Shown here in pieces: positions 1 to 16,685 of a stretch of DNA of 64,000 nucleotides. How positions within the stretch are numbered: the stretch's first letter is position 1; every line of letters starts with the position of its first letter. The position numbers and the translations under genes are program-made. The notes under the pieces were generated by a model. The model worked only from the letters and a program-made list of their open reading frames with translations, did no database searches and was not told the DNA's origin. Source of the DNA: the human T2T-CHM13v2.0 reference genome, Homo sapiens; assembly GCF_009914755.1 (NCBI RefSeq), contig NC_060928.1; one strand, given 5' to 3'.

Positions 1-129
1 ATGAAAAAACTACCAATGGACAAAGCTGAAATAATTTTAGCAATAAAATAAAATAATTATAACCCCAAATATAAAATACATATACAAAAGTATATACAGA
101 TATAAATAAATTAGGGAAAAGAGACAAAT

Positions 130-820
130 TGACCATACAGAAAAGCTCAATCTAAGTAGATACTCCACCCTCAAAGAGATGTAATATGTTTCTCTACTCC
201 TTAAGTGTGGAATGCACATAGTGCTTTGCTTCCAAAGAGTAAAAAGTGAAAAGAAGAGTTACAAGTAAGTTTAAAGTGGAAAAATCTGACAAACCCTACC
301 TCAGCCAAGTGATCAGGATTAACATCAGCAATGGTAAATCATATTGATAATATATATCTCTGACACAATGTGATGAAAACAGCATTTTACTTCTCTGGTT
401 TTCCTTCAAACAATACTTAAGTTCTATCTAATCATAATAAAAATATTGAACAAATCCCAATTGAGAGAGATTTAATAAAATATCTAACCAGCACTCCTCA
501 AACTGTCAAGGCCATCAAAAACAAAGAATATCTGAGAAACTGTCACAGTCAATATGAGCCTAGAGAGACATAACAACTAAATATAATGTAGATCCTGGAA
601 CAGAAAAAAAAAAAAGAGTGTTTGATAAAAACTAAAGAAATCCAGATAAATTATGAACTTTAGGTAATAATAATGCATCAATGTTGGTGCATTAATTGTA
701 ATAAATCTATCATACCAATGTAAGATGCTAACAGGAGAAGCTGAATCCAGGGTATCTGAGAATCTCCTGTGCTATTTTTGCAATTTTTCTGTAAATCTAA
801 AACATTTCTAAAATAAAAAG
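130..820 (+). mobile_element. Old L1M (L1MC/L1MD-type) 3' UTR fragment
   Basis: Motifs 'cttaagtgtgg..cacatagtg..ttccaaagagt', 'ctacctcagccaagtgatca' and terminal 'tgcaatttttctgtaaatctaaaac..aaaataaaa' resemble L1MC/MD 3' ends; boundaries approximate. Confidence 0.6.
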
Positions 821-2863
821 AAGTTTTTTTTTTGCTTTTTTAAAAAGCAGTTTCTGATATGCTACTGATCCTGAATTGAGATTGAACATCAGACTATTGC
901 ACATCAAATAAATGTGTAGACAGACATGCCCATTAAGATGTAAGTATTGTTGTTCCCAAAGAAGACTAAGGCCAGGTGTTCTCGCAGCAAAACACCCTAA
1001 AATGGAAGCAGCACATTTTCAAATGACCCAAACAAACCTAGAGGGAATGTGAAAGTTGGCCGAGCAGGTAGCCAAAACCCCCATCTCACCTACACTTTTC
1101 CTCATATGGGTTTCGTATGACCTGTCTATAAGGTAAGTGCCAACTGGGTTTGGGAATGCAAGCAAATAAGCACATGGCACTGTAAAGGACACATATACCC
1201 TATATATTTTTAATTTTTTATATTTGATTATTATTCCTACATAACAGTTGTACATATTTATGGGGGGATGTGATATTTTGATACAAGCATACAATGTATA
1301 ATGATCAAATCAGGGTAATTTGGATATCCATCACCTCAAGCATTTATCATTTCTTTGTAATAGGAACATTCCAACTGTACACTTTTACTTATTTTGAAAT
1401 ATACAATATATTTATATTGTATACAATATACATACCTTACTGTGCTACCAATGACTAAATCTTATTTCTTCTATCTACCTGTATTTTGTACCCATTAACC
1501 ACTCCCCCGTTTTCCCCCCACCCCTACTGCTATCCACCACAGTCCCTGGTAACCTTTATTCTAATCTCTATCTCCATGAGTGTAGTTTTATTTTTATTTT
1601 TGGTAGATTTTAACATATGAGTGAGAACGTGATATTTGTCTTTCTGTGCCTAGCTTGTTTTATTTACTATAACGACTTCCAGTCCGTCCATGTTGTTGCA
1701 AATGACAAGCTTTCATTCTCTTTTATGGCTAAATAATATTCTATTGTGTATATGTAGCACTTATCCATTCATTCGTTAATGGATACATAGGTTGATTTCA
1801 TATCTCGGCTATTGTGAACAGTGCTGCAATAAACATGGGAGTGCAGATATCTCTTCAATATACTAATTTCCTTTTGTTTGGATATCTACCCAGCAGTAAG
1901 ATTGCTGGGGCATATGATAGTTCTATTTTCAGTTTCTTGAGGAACCTCTGTACTGTTCTCCATAGTGGCTGTACTAATTTACATTCCTGCAAACAGTATG
2001 CAAAGCTTTCCTTTTCTCTGCATACTTGCCGGTATCTATTATTGCTTTTTTTTTTTTAATAAAAGCCATTTTTTAACTGGTAGAGATGATAACTTCTTGT
2101 GGTTTTGATTCCCATTTCTGTAATGATTAGTGATGTTGAGCAGTTTTTCATATACATTTTGGCCATTTGTATTTCTCCTTTCAAGAAATGTCTATTTAGA
2201 TCTTTTGCCCATTTGTTGATTAGATTATTTCCTTTTTCTATTGAGTTTTATGAGTTGCTTATATATTCTGGTTAATAATCCCTGACAGGTTTTTAGTTCG
2301 CAGATATTTTCTCCCATTCTGTGGGTTATCTCTTTAGTTTATCGATTGCTTCCTTTGCTGTACAGGAGTTTTTTAAATTGATAGGATCCCATTTGTGCAT
2401 TTCTGGTTTGGTTGCTTGTGCTTTTAGGAACTTAATAAATCTTTGCCCAGACAAATGTTTTCAGGTGTTTTTCTGTTCTCTTCTAGTAGTTCCATAGTTT
2501 TACATCTTTGATTTAAGTATTTTATCTATTTTTATTTGAGTTTGTATATGTTTAAAGATAGGGGTCTAGATTTATTCTTCTGCATATGAATATCCAATTT
2601 TCCCAGCACCATTTATGAAGAATCTCCTTTTCCCAATGTATGTTCTTGGTACCTTTGTAAAAAATGAATTGGCTGTGAAAATGTGGATATTTTTGTTGTT
2701 GTTTTCTATGTTGTCATAGACTCATTGGTCTATGAGTCTGTTTTTATGCCAGTACCATGTTGTTTCGGTTACTATAACATTGTCTCCAGCTTTGTTCCTC
2801 TTGCTCAGGGATGCTGGGGCTATTCTGGCTCATTTGTGCTTCCATATGAATTTTAAGATTATT

Positions 2864-2998
2864 GGCCAGATGTGGTGGCTTATGCTTGTAATCCCAGCAC
2901 TTTGGGAGGACAAGGCGGGAGGATCACCTGAGGTCAGAAGTTTGAGATCAGCCTGGCCAACATGGTGAAACCTAGTCTCTACTAAAAATACAAAAATT
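2864..2998 (+). mobile_element. AluS left monomer only, ending in the middle A-rich linker
   Basis: ggccagatgtggtggct...ctactaaaaatacaaaaatt; flanked by aagattatt (2855-2863) / aaaattatt (2993-3001). Confidence 0.85.
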
Positions 2999-4854
2999 AT
3001 TTTTTCAATTTTTTTGAATAATGTTTTTGATATTTTAATGGGAATCACATTGAATCTGTAGATTATCTTGGGTACTATGGACATTTTAGCAGTATTTATT
3101 CCTTCAATCCATAAATATGAAATAGATTTCCATTTATTTATTGTCCTCTTCAATTTCTTTTATCAATGTTTTATAGTTATCATCATAGAGATCTTATACT
3201 TTTTGGTTGAGTTTATCTCTAGATATTTTATTTTATTTGTAACTACTCTAAATGGTATTATTTTATTGGTTTCTTTTTCAGATTTTTTGCTATTGGCATA
3301 TGGAAATGCTACTGATTTGGGTATGTTGGTTTTGTATCCTGCAATTTTAGTGAGTTTTACTGTCAATTCTATAGTTTTTTTGTGTAGTATTTAGATTTTT
3401 CTAAGTATAAGATCATATCATCTGCAAAAAAAAAAAAAAAAAAAAAAAAAAGATAATTGACTTCTCCCTTTCCTATATTCCTATTTGGATATCCTTTATT
3501 TCTTTCACTTGCCCGATTGCTCTGGCTAGGATATCCAGTACTATGTTAAAGAAAAGCGGTGAAAGTGGGCTTCCAGGCCTTGTTCCAGGCTTTAGAGGAA
3601 AGGATTGCAGTTTTCCCTGTTCAGTATGACACTATCTGTGAGTTTGTTGCATATGACTTTTATCATGTTGAAGTATGTTCCTTCTATACCCACTGTATTG
3701 AGAGTTTTTATTATGAAGCAATGTTGAATTTTATTAGATGTTTTTTGGCATCTATTGAAATGATCATATGGTTTTTGTCTTTCATTCTATTGATATGATG
3801 TATCAAATTCATTGATTTGTGTATGGTGAACCATCCTTGCCTCCCTGGGATGAAGACCACTTAGTCATGATGAATTATCTTTTTAATGTATTGTTTGAGT
3901 TGCTAGTATTTTGTTGAAGATGTTTACATTTATGTTCATCAAAAATATTGGCCTGTAGAATTTTTTTATGTTGTGCCTTTGTCTGGTTATGCTATCAGGG
4001 TAATACTGTCTTCATAGAATATATTTGGAAGTGTTTACTCCTACTTGATTTTTTTTAATCGTTTCAGTAGGATTATTATTAGTTCTTTTTTAGTTGCATT
4101 GCAGAATTCATCTACACCAGGTCCTGAGATTTTCCTTGATGGGAGACTTTTATTACTGTTCTATCTTGCCACTTGTTATTGGTCTATTCAGGTTTTGGAT
4201 TTCTTCCTGCTTTAATCACTGTAGGTTTTATGTGTCTAGGAATTTAGCCATTTCTTCTAGATTTTCCAATTTATTGGATCATAATAGTCTTTAATAATTT
4301 TTTGAATTTCTGTGGTATGAGTGTTGTCTCCCTTTTTTGTAATTGATTTTATTTATTTGGGCCTTCTCTTTTTTTTTCAGTTTGCCTGGTTAAAGATTTG
4401 TCTATTTTATCTTTTCAAAAAAAATCACCTTTTCATTTTGTTGATATTTTATATGCTTCTTTAGTCCACTTTCTCTTATTTCTGCAGAGTTCTTTATTAT
4501 TTCTTCTACTAATTTTGGGTTTGGTTTGCTCTTATTGTTCTAATTCTCTAAGATGCATTGTTAGGTTATTTAAAAATTTTACTTTTTTGATGAAAGTGTT
4601 CATTAGTATGAACTTCTTGTTTTCCTTTCCTGTATCCCATAGGTTTGTTTCCATTTTATTTGTTTCAAGAATTTTTTAAATTTTCTTCTTAATGTCTTCA
4701 TTTACTTAATGGTCATTCAGAAGCATATTGTTTAATTTTCATGTGTTTGTGTAATTTTTAAAGTTTATCTCATTACTGATTCCATTGTGGTCAGAAAATA
4801 TACTTGATATGATTTTAATTTCTTTGAATTTGCAAGAAAGCAAAGTCATTTATT

Positions 4855-5283
4855 TCATTTTTAAATAGATAAACAGTAAAATTCACTCTTCTTGGTGTAC
4901 AGTTCTATGAGCTTTGACAACTGTACACACACAGTCTTATAAACTTGTTCTATTACTCCCCAAATTCCCTTGCGCTTTTCCTTGTCAACTTCTCTTGACC
5001 TCCAGCCCTGGCAACTAATCTGCTCTAGGTCACTATAGTTTTGCCTTTTCCAGAATGTTATATCAATAAAACACACAGAACACAATCTTTTGCATCTGAC
5101 CTTTTTCATAAGGTATTGAGATTCATTCACATTGTTGCCTGTATCAATAATTTGTTCCTTATTATTGCTAAATGGTATTTCTTTGTATGAATGAGCCAGT
5201 TTTTAATCCATCTATCCACTGAAGGATATTTTGGTTGTTTAGCATTTGGGGGTTTTAATAAAGTTGCTATAAATATCCATGTA
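4855..5283 (-). mobile_element. Older L1M (L1MC/ME-like) 3' fragment embedded in the L1MA
   Basis: 'ggtgtacagttctatgagctttgaca', 'ccctggcaac', 'gttttgccttttccagaatgt', 'gctataaatatccatgta' resemble L1MC/ME 3' end motifs. Confidence 0.6.
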
Positions 5284-5304
5284 GAATTATTTAAGACTGA
5301 TTTT

Positions 5305-5550
5305 ACCAGCCTGGGCAATATAATGAGTCTCTGTCTCAAAAAAAAAAAAAAAAAAAAGGGAAAGAAAGAAAGGGAAAGAAAAAGAAAAAATATTAGCCAG
5401 GCATGGTGGTGGGCACCTGTAGTCCCAGCTAGTTGAGAGGCTTATGGTGGGAGAATGACTTGAGCCCTGTAGGTTGAGGCTGTAATGAGCCATGATCACC
5501 CACTGCACTCCAGCCTGGGCGACACAGCAAGACCTTGTCTCAAAGAAAAA
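5305..5550 (+). mobile_element. 5'-truncated AluJ-type element with expanded A-rich linker
   Basis: ccagcctgggcaa...A-rich...ttagccaggcatggtgg...gaggctgtaatgagccatgatc...ccttgtctcaaag; TSD-like aagactgatttt/aagactggtttt. Confidence 0.8.
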
Positions 5551-6216
5551 AGACTGGTTTTGTGGCCTACCATAGGTTTTATCCTTGAGAACATTCTATG
5601 TGCTGAGGAGAAGAATGCATATTCTGCAGCTGTTGGGTGACATGTTCTATAAATATCTATTAGGTGCATTTGTTCTACAGTGCAGATTAAGTCTGATTGT
5701 TTCTTAGCCGATTTTTTTATCTAGATGATCTATTTAATGCTAAAAGTGGAGTGTTGAAGTCTCTGACTATTATTTTTGGAGGTCTCTCTTTAGCTCTAAA
5801 AATATTCACTTTATACATCTGGGTGCTCCAGTGTTGGGTGCATATACATTTATAATTATTATATCTTTTTGTTGAATTGATCCTTTGATCATTATATAAG
5901 ATCATCTTTGTCTCTGTTTATTGTTTTTGTCTTGAAATATATTTTGTTGGATATAAGTATAGCCACTCCTATTCTTTTCTGGTTTTCCTTTGCCTGGGTT
6001 ATCTTTTTCAATGCCTACATTTTCAGTCAACATGTGTCTTTATAGGTGAAGTGATTTTCTTGTAAACAACATATACTTGGATTTTTAAAAATTCATTCAA
6101 CCATTCAATGTCTCTTGATAGGAGAATTTTGTTAACTTACATTTAATGTTATTATTGATATATAATGATTTACTACTGCCATTTTGTTAATTGTTTTCTG
6201 ATTGGTTGGTTTGTTT

Positions 6217-6283
6217 TTCCTTCCTTCCTTCCTTCCTTCCTTCCTTCCTTCCTTCCTCCCTCCCTCCCTCCCTCCCTTCCTTC
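6217..6283. repeat. (TTCC)n/(CTCC)n microsatellite
   Basis: Direct tetranucleotide repeats. Confidence 0.95.
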
Positions 6284-8949
6284 ATTGCTGTCTTCCTCTG
6301 TGTGTAAGTTATTTTCCCTGGTATTATTATTTAATTTCTTGCTTTTATTTTTTGTGTATTTCTTATAGGTTTTTGCTTTGTGGTTATCATGGGTTCGGAA
6401 CCAACATTTTATAACCAATTATTTTAAACTGATGACAACTCAAATCACAAAGATAAAAAAAAACAAGCAGAAAGAATATTAAAAAACTACACTTCTGCTT
6501 TTTGACTTTTTGTTTTCTCTATTTTTATCTTTTTATATAGTCTATCTCTTTACAAATTGTTGTAGTTGACAGATTTGTCTTAGCCTTTCTACTAAAGATA
6601 TGAGTGGTTTACACACAATTTCAGTGTTAAAGAGTATTCTTTGTCTGTGTAGTTACTTTTACCAGTAAGTTATTTACCTTCAGATGATCTCTTACTGTTC
6701 ACTACCATTTGCTTCTTTCATGTTAAAGAACTCTCTAGCATTTCCTGTAAGACAAAACTGATGTTACTAAAATTCCTTTGGTTTTCTTTTTTTGCGGGAA
6801 AGTCTTTATTTCTCCTTCATGTTCGAATGAGAATTTCGCTGAATACACTTTTCTACGTTGAAAGTTAGTTCCTTCAGCACTTTGAAGATGTCATCCTATC
6901 CCCTTGTGGCCTGTAAAGTTTCCACTAAGCAGTATGCCACAGACATATCAGAGCTCTTATATGTTATATGCTTCTTTTTGAATACTTTCCTCATTCCTGA
7001 CCTTTGAGAGTTTGATTGTTATATGTCTTGAGGCAGTAATACTTGGGTTGAATTTGCTTGGTTTTCTTTTACCTCCTGGTACCTTCTTGTAGGCCTCCAG
7101 CATTCTTTCTCATTCTTTTTTCTTTGTTTTCCTCTGACTGTATACTTTTACACAGATCATCTTCTAGTTCACTATTTTTTCCTTCTGCTTGATCAATTAT
7201 ACGGCTGAGAGGCTCTGATACAGTTTTCAGTTTGTCAACTAAATTTTTCAGCTCCAGAATTTTGGCTTGATCTTTTAAATTTCAAATGTCTATTGAATTT
7301 CTCTGACAGAATTCTGAACTCCTTTTCTGTGCTCTTTTGAAGTTCACTGAGCTTCCTCAAGACAGCTATTTTGAACTCTTTGTCTGAGAGGTCACATATC
7401 TCTACCACTCCAGAATTGGTCACTGGTACCTTATTTAGTCTATTTGGTGAGGTCATGTTTTCTTGAATATTCTTGATGCTTGTAGTTGTTCGTTAATGTC
7501 TGGGCATTGAAAGCTAGGTATTCATTCTAATCTTCACAGTTGGGATTTGTTGTATCTGTCTTTCTTGAGTGGGCTTTCCAAGAATTAAAAAGGGTATTGA
7601 GTGTTGTGACCTAACCCTGTGGTCACTGAGTCCTTTCAGCACAATGTGGCTCCATAAGCCCAGGAATGCTGTGACTCTTAAGACTCCTAGATATACAGCC
7701 TTGGTGGACTTGGAGACAATAAGGGAGAATTCCCTCAGTTACCAGGCAAAAGTGTCTTATTTTCTTCTCTTTCTTTCCCCCAATCAGGAGGAGTTCCTCT
7801 TTGCATTGGGGGAGGGGTGACATGGGAACTCTCATGGCCACCACAGCTAGAACTACACTGGATCTGAAAGACCAACAGCCTTTCAGGCAAGGATAGTACT
7901 GGGGTTTACCTGCAGCCCATAGGCACTACTGTCTGCCTAGTGCTGATGTTTACTCAAGGTCAAAGCACTTTAGTCAGAAGTTGGTGAATTCTTCCAGGAC
8001 TAAGTCTGTCTCATCAGGAGATCAGATTTCCTTCTGGCCCAGGGTAGGTTTAGAAATGTCATTTAGAAGCAAAAGTCTGGAATTAGAGGCTTCAGAAATC
8101 TGCTTGGTGCTTTGTTTTACTGTGGCTGAGTTGGTACCCAAGTTGCAAGACAAAGTCCTTTGTACTCATCCCTCTCCTTTCCCCAAGTGAAAAGAGTCTT
8201 TCCCCAAGCTGCACTGCCTGGAGTTGGGGTAGGGGTGACATAGGCACTCTCATGGCCAGCTGCAGAGCTGTTGTTGCACTGGGTTGCACTCTAAGTCCTC
8301 TGCAACCAAGTTCAGTGCAGCACCAGGGCTTGCCCAAGGACTATAGTCCCTGCGGCCTGTCTCTCACTCAAATTTATTTAGGGTTCTCTGGCCATTTCAG
8401 TCTGTTGATACTGAAGCAAACCAAGACTCATGTTCCTTCCACTGAGGCAAAGTATTTCCCTCTGGCTTAGGGCTGTCTAAATTTTCCCTCCATGGGTGCC
8501 AGCAGAATTCTGCCTTGTGTTGTATTTGACTGTGAGAGGGCAGAACTGAATTCCAATGTAAAGTCTCAAATGCACTTCACTGTCCCTCCTCCAAGCATGC
8601 AAACTGTCCTCTTGCTGCACTGCCTGGGTTTGTAGGAGTGGTGTAGACAATGCAAGGCTGTCTTCCCCACCTCCTTTAAAGTGACTTTCCTGGCTATTAT
8701 TTTAAAACCAGTTACTGTGACCACTCATCTGATTTTTTTGGTTCTTATGAAGATGTTTTCTTGCATGAATAGTTGTTCAATCTGGTGATTCTGCAGGAAC
8801 ACTATTGCTGAAGTGTTCCATTTGGCCTCCTTTCTCCTCTCTCCTCAGTCCATATACACTTTAAATCAATGCCTATTTTATGGTGCTCTGTCATTAATGA
8901 GTAAAGGACAGGAATTGAAAAATGTAGAGGTAAAAACAGAGATGATACT

Positions 8950-9302
8950 TGATATTGCTGTGTCCTCACCCAAATCTCATCTTGAATTATAGCTCCCATA
9001 AACCCCACATGTTGTGGGAGGGAACCAGTGGGAGATAATTGAATAATGGGGTGGGTTTTCCCATGCCGACCTCATGATAGTGATTAATTCTCATAAAATC
9101 TGATGGTTTTAAAGGGCAGTTCCCCTGCACACACTCTCTTGCCTGACACCATGTAAGATGTGTCTTTGCTTCTCCTTCAACTTCCTCCATGATTGTGAGG
9201 CCTCCCTAGCCATGTGGAACTGAGTCCATAAAACCTCATTTTCTTTATAAATTATCCAGTCTCAGGCATTTCTTCATGGCAGTATGAAAATGGACAAATA
9301 CA
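8950..9302 (+). mobile_element. THE1-family MaLR solo LTR
   Basis: tgatatt..gctgtgtcctcacccaaatctcatcttgaatt...ggacaaataca; 5-bp TSD atact/gtact. Confidence 0.9.
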
Positions 9303-9850
9303 GTACTCCTTACTGTCATTCCTAGTAACACACTTAGGAAATATGTGTTTATTGTCTCAACAACTTCAGGTTTTGAGTGTTTAGATGTCTTCGTTTCCTA
9401 AAAGAAGAATGCTTCCACAAGAAGACACAGTTAGTGTCCCACTAAACTTAAAATTACAGCTACAAACTAGATAATTTGGGCTCTGTGTGACAGTTGACCA
9501 GCCGGTAGAGAAAAAGATTACCTTGTTGGCAAGTATAATTGATCTTGATCATTATGAAGAAATAGGGCTCTTATGCTACATAATGGGGACAAGGAGGAAT
9601 GTTCCTTGTCAATTTGGCATTTCAATTGTATACTAGGTGTTTTGTATTTTTTCCCACCCCCAGTTTTAAATGAAAATGGGTGAGTACAGAAAGCACATAT
9701 TTCTACAGTGGTGTAAGATCACAGATCCTTTACAGATGAGAGTTTGAACCACACACCAGGCAAACCATCTAAACATACAGAAGCATTAGCCAAGTTGGAG
9801 GAGAGATTTTTGAAAAGAAAATGAAGGAGGGAGATAAGTGTCAGTTACAA
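9303..9850 (+). mobile_element. Old ERVL-class internal fragment (HERV16/ERV3-16A3-like)
   Basis: 'gaatgcttccacaagaagacacag..gtcccactaaact', 'ataattgatcttgatcattatgaaga' resemble the ERVL internal 3' region from memory. Confidence 0.5.
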
Positions 9851-9851
9851 T

Positions 9852-9929
9852 CCCCCATAACACAAGTTTACCTATGTATCAATCCTATACGTGTATGTAC
9901 CTCTGAAATTAAAATACAAGTTTAAAAAA
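9852..9929 (+). mobile_element. Short L1PB/L1PA-type 3' terminal fragment
   Basis: ccccataacacaagtttacctatgta...gtacctctgaaattaaaatacaagtttaaaaaa. Confidence 0.6.
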
Positions 9930-9999
9930 TCATTTTTAAGGATTTAAAAAAAGTGTCAATTATAGCCATGGTACCAACTATAGTTGGTTGACCTTTAAC

Positions 10000-10335
10000 T
10001 TTTCAAGCCAAAAAGACTATCTTTATACATCAAATAGTGCTACCCTCTGGAGCAAAGGGCAAGCATGCTTACTATCCATTATACAATATATGTGTTCCCT
10101 AAGCTCAGTGATTCTCTCCTGAAAAGCATGACTTCTTTAGTAATTACCTTCATGACACTTAGGAGAAGCAGGGGCAAATGTTGAGAACATGGCTACTGCT
10201 ATCATTATGAGTAATAAAACATCCTTTTTCTGTAACCCAGGAGTCTTGTGTTTTCTATCTGTTTCAATGAAACTGTGAGCTAATTTGTTAGATTGCAAGT
10301 TGAGTAAAATCTCGGATCTTTCATGGTTATTGACA
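10000..10335 (+). mobile_element. Old ERV LTR 3' portion (family not determined)
   Basis: aataaa followed by 'acccaggagtcttgtg...gtaaaatctcggatctttcatggttattgaca', ending in CA. Confidence 0.45.
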
Positions 10336-10627
10336 ATCCAAAATTTGTTTCTTTAGAACTTTAATATACTTAACAAACCCAGGCTAAAATAATTTTAAAA
10401 AGACCCAAAAACACAAATTATAAATATCAGTATGTAAATGGCAGATTCAACATACATTGAAAAAAAGAAATTAGGTGCCAAAACTTAAATGAAAATGAAC
10501 CCATTCTTGAGAAGGGTGACTTATACAAGCTTACTTGAGAAGAAGTAATATATTCAGAAAATAAAGAAATTGAGTACATTATTTTAAAAGTCCCAGAAGG
10601 CTTCACCTGTAATTACTTCAAATGTTT

Positions 10628-10644
10628 AAGAATAAATAATACTC
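10628..10644 (+). repeat. Left 17-bp target site duplication of L1HS (aagaataaataatactc)
   Basis: Identical copy at 16875-16891; preceded by ttt, giving a TCTT/AA L1-endonuclease-type nick site. Confidence 0.97.
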
Positions 10645-11550
10645 GAGGGAGGAGCCAAGATGGCCGAATAGGAACAGCTCCGGTCTACAGCTCCCAGCGT
10701 GAGCGACGCAGAAGACGGGTGATTACTGCATTTCCATCTGAGGTACCAGGTTCATCTCACTAGGGAGTGCCAGACAGTGGGCGCAGGCCAGTGTGTGTGC
10801 GCACCGTGCGCGAGCCGAAGCAGGGCGAGGCATTGCCTCACCTGGGAAGTGCAAGGGGTCAGGGAGTTCCCTTTCCGAGTCAAAGAAAGGGGTGACGGAC
10901 GCACCTGGAAAATCGGGTCACTCCCACCCGAATATTGCGCTTTTCAGACCGGCTTAAGAAACGGCGCACCACGAGACTATATCCCACACCTGGCTCAGAG
11001 GGTCCTACGCCCACGGAATCTCGCTGATTGCTAGCACAGCAGTCTGAGATCAAACTGCAAGGTGGCAACGAGGCTGGGGGAGGGGCGCCCGCCATTGCCC
11101 AGGCTTGCTTAGGTAAACAAAGCAGCCGGGAAGCTCGAACTGGGTGGAGACCACCACAGCTCAAGGAGGCCTGCCTGCCTCTGTAGGCTCCACCTCTGGG
11201 GGCAGGGCACAGACAAACAAAAAGACAGCAGTAACCTCTGCAGACTTAAGTGTCCCTGTCTGACAGCTTTGAAGAGAGCAGTGGTTCTCCCAGCACACAG
11301 CTGGAGATCTGAGAACGGGCAGACTGCCTCCTCAAGTGGGTCCCTGACCCCTGACCCCCGAGCAGCCTAACTGGGAGGCACCCCCCAGCAGGGGCACACT
11401 GACACCTCACATGGCAGGGTATTCCAACAGACCTGCAGCTGAGGGTCCTGTCTGTTAGAAGGAAAACTAACAACCAGAAAGGACATCTACACTGAAAACC
11501 CATCTGTACATCACCATCATCAAAGACCAAAAGTAGATAAAACCACAAAG
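10645..11550 (+). promoter_or_regulatory. L1HS 5' UTR: CpG-rich internal sense promoter with YY1 site (aagatggcc, 10657-10665) and antisense promoter
   Basis: Sequence matches the L1HS 5' UTR; locally CpG-dense. Confidence 0.9.
10880..11095 (-). CDS. ORF0: L1 ORF0 (antisense 71-aa ORF), intact
   Basis: MAGAPPPASLPPCSLISDCCASNQRDSVGVGPSEPGVGYSLVVRRFLSRSEKRNIRVGVTRFSRCVRHPFL; ATG = cat at 11093-11095. Confidence 0.9.
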   Translation of the reverse strand: MAGAPPPASLPPCSLISDCCASNQRDSVGVGPSEPGVGYSLVVRRFLSRSEKRNIRVGVTRFSRCVRHPFL

Positions 11551-12567
11551 ATGGGGAAAAAACAGAACAGAAAAACTGGAAACTCTAAAACGCAGAGCGC
11601 CTCTCCTCCTCCAAAGGAACGCAGTTCCTCACCAGCAACAGAACAAAGCTGGATGGAGAATGATTTTGACGAGCTGAGAGAAGAAGGCTTCAGACGATCA
11701 AATTACTCTGAGCTACGGGAGGACATTCAAACCAAAGGCAAAGAAGTTGAAAACTTTGAAAAAAATTTAGAAGAATGTATAACTAGAATAACCAATACAG
11801 AGAAGTGCTTAAAGGAGCTGATGGAGCTGAAAACCAAGGCTCGAGAACTACGTGAAGAATGCAGAAGCCTCAGGAGCCGATGCGATCAACTGGAAGAAAG
11901 GGTATCAGCAATGGAAGATGAAATGAATGAAATGAAGCGAGAAGGGAAGTTTAGAGAAAAAAGAATAAAAAGAAATGAGCAAAGCCTCCAAGAAATATGG
12001 GACTATGTGAAAAGACCAAATCTACGTCTGATTGGTGTACCTGAAAGTGACTGGGAGAATGGAACCAAGTTGGAAAACACTCTGCAGGATATTATCCAGG
12101 AGAACTTCCCCAATCTAGCAAGGCAGGCCAACGTTCAGATTCAGGAAATACAGAGAACGCCACAAAGATACTCCTCGAGAAGAGCAACTCCAAGACACAT
12201 AATTGTCAGATTCACCAAAGTTGAAATGAAGGAAAAAATGATAAGGGCAGCCAGAGAGAAAGGTCGGGTTACCCTCAAAGGGAAGCCCATCAGACTAACA
12301 GCGGATCTCTCGGCAGAAACCCTACAAGCCAGAAGAGAGTGGGGGCCAATATTCAACATTCTTAAAGAAAAGAATTTTCAACCCAGAATTTCATATCCAG
12401 CCAAACTAAGCATCATAAGTGAAGGAGAAATAAAATACTTTATAGACAAGCAAATGCTGAGAGATTTTGTCACCACCAGGCCTGCCCTAAAAGAGCTCCT
12501 GAAGGAAGCGCTAAACATGGAAAGGAACAACCGGTACCAGCCGCTGCAAAATCATGCCAAAATGTAA
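11551..12567 (+). CDS. L1ORF1: L1 ORF1p (p40 RNA-binding chaperone), intact 338 aa
   Basis: MGKKQNRKTGNSKTQSASPPPKERSSSP...; REKG, ARR and YPAKLS motifs retained. Confidence 0.97.
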   Translation: MGKKQNRKTGNSKTQSASPPPKERSSSPATEQSWMENDFDELREEGFRRSNYSELREDIQTKGKEVENFEKNLEECITRITNTEKCLKELMELKTKARELREECRSLRSRCDQLEERVSAMEDEMNEMKREGKFREKRIKRNEQSLQEIWDYVKRPNLRLIGVPESDWENGTKLENTLQDIIQENFPNLARQANVQIQEIQRTPQRYSSRRATPRHIIVRFTKVEMKEKMIRAAREKGRVTLKGKPIRLTADLSAETLQARREWGPIFNILKEKNFQPRISYPAKLSIISEGEIKYFIDKQMLRDFVTTRPALKELLKEALNMERNNRYQPLQNHAKM

Positions 12568-12606
12568 AGACCATCGAGACTAGGAAGAAACTGCATCAAC
12601 TAATGA

Positions 12607-16458
<3,852 letters not shown>

Positions 16459-16685
16459 ACAATGAGATCACATGGACACAGGAAGGGGAATATCACACTC
16501 TGGGGACTGTGGTGGGGTCGGGGGAGGGGGGAGGGATAGCATTGGGAGATATACCTAATGCCAGATGACACATTAGTGGGTGCAGCACACCAGCATGGCA
16601 CATGTATACATATGTAACTAACCTGCACAATGTGCACATGTACCCTAAAACTTAGAGTATAAAAAAAAAAAAAAAAAAAAAAAAA

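Larger units (their letters stand above)
1205..8810 (-). mobile_element. Near full-length degraded L1MA-type LINE-1 (3' end at left, ORF2/ORF1 remnants, 5' UTR at right), interrupted by later insertions
   Basis: L1MA-type 3' end from 1205; minus-strand ORF pieces resemble ORF2 (INKWKSISYLWIEGINTAKMSIVPKIIYRFNVIPIKI; KIAGYKTNIPKSVAF; IIVRDFNTPLLALNRSSR) and ORF1 (DLSDKEFKIAVLRKLSELQ); GC-richer repeated 5' UTR at ~7500-8810. Confidence 0.8.

Noticed and set aside
16502-16536. G-quadruplex-forming tract
   Set aside because: This is a standard feature of the L1HS 3' UTR, not specific to this locus.
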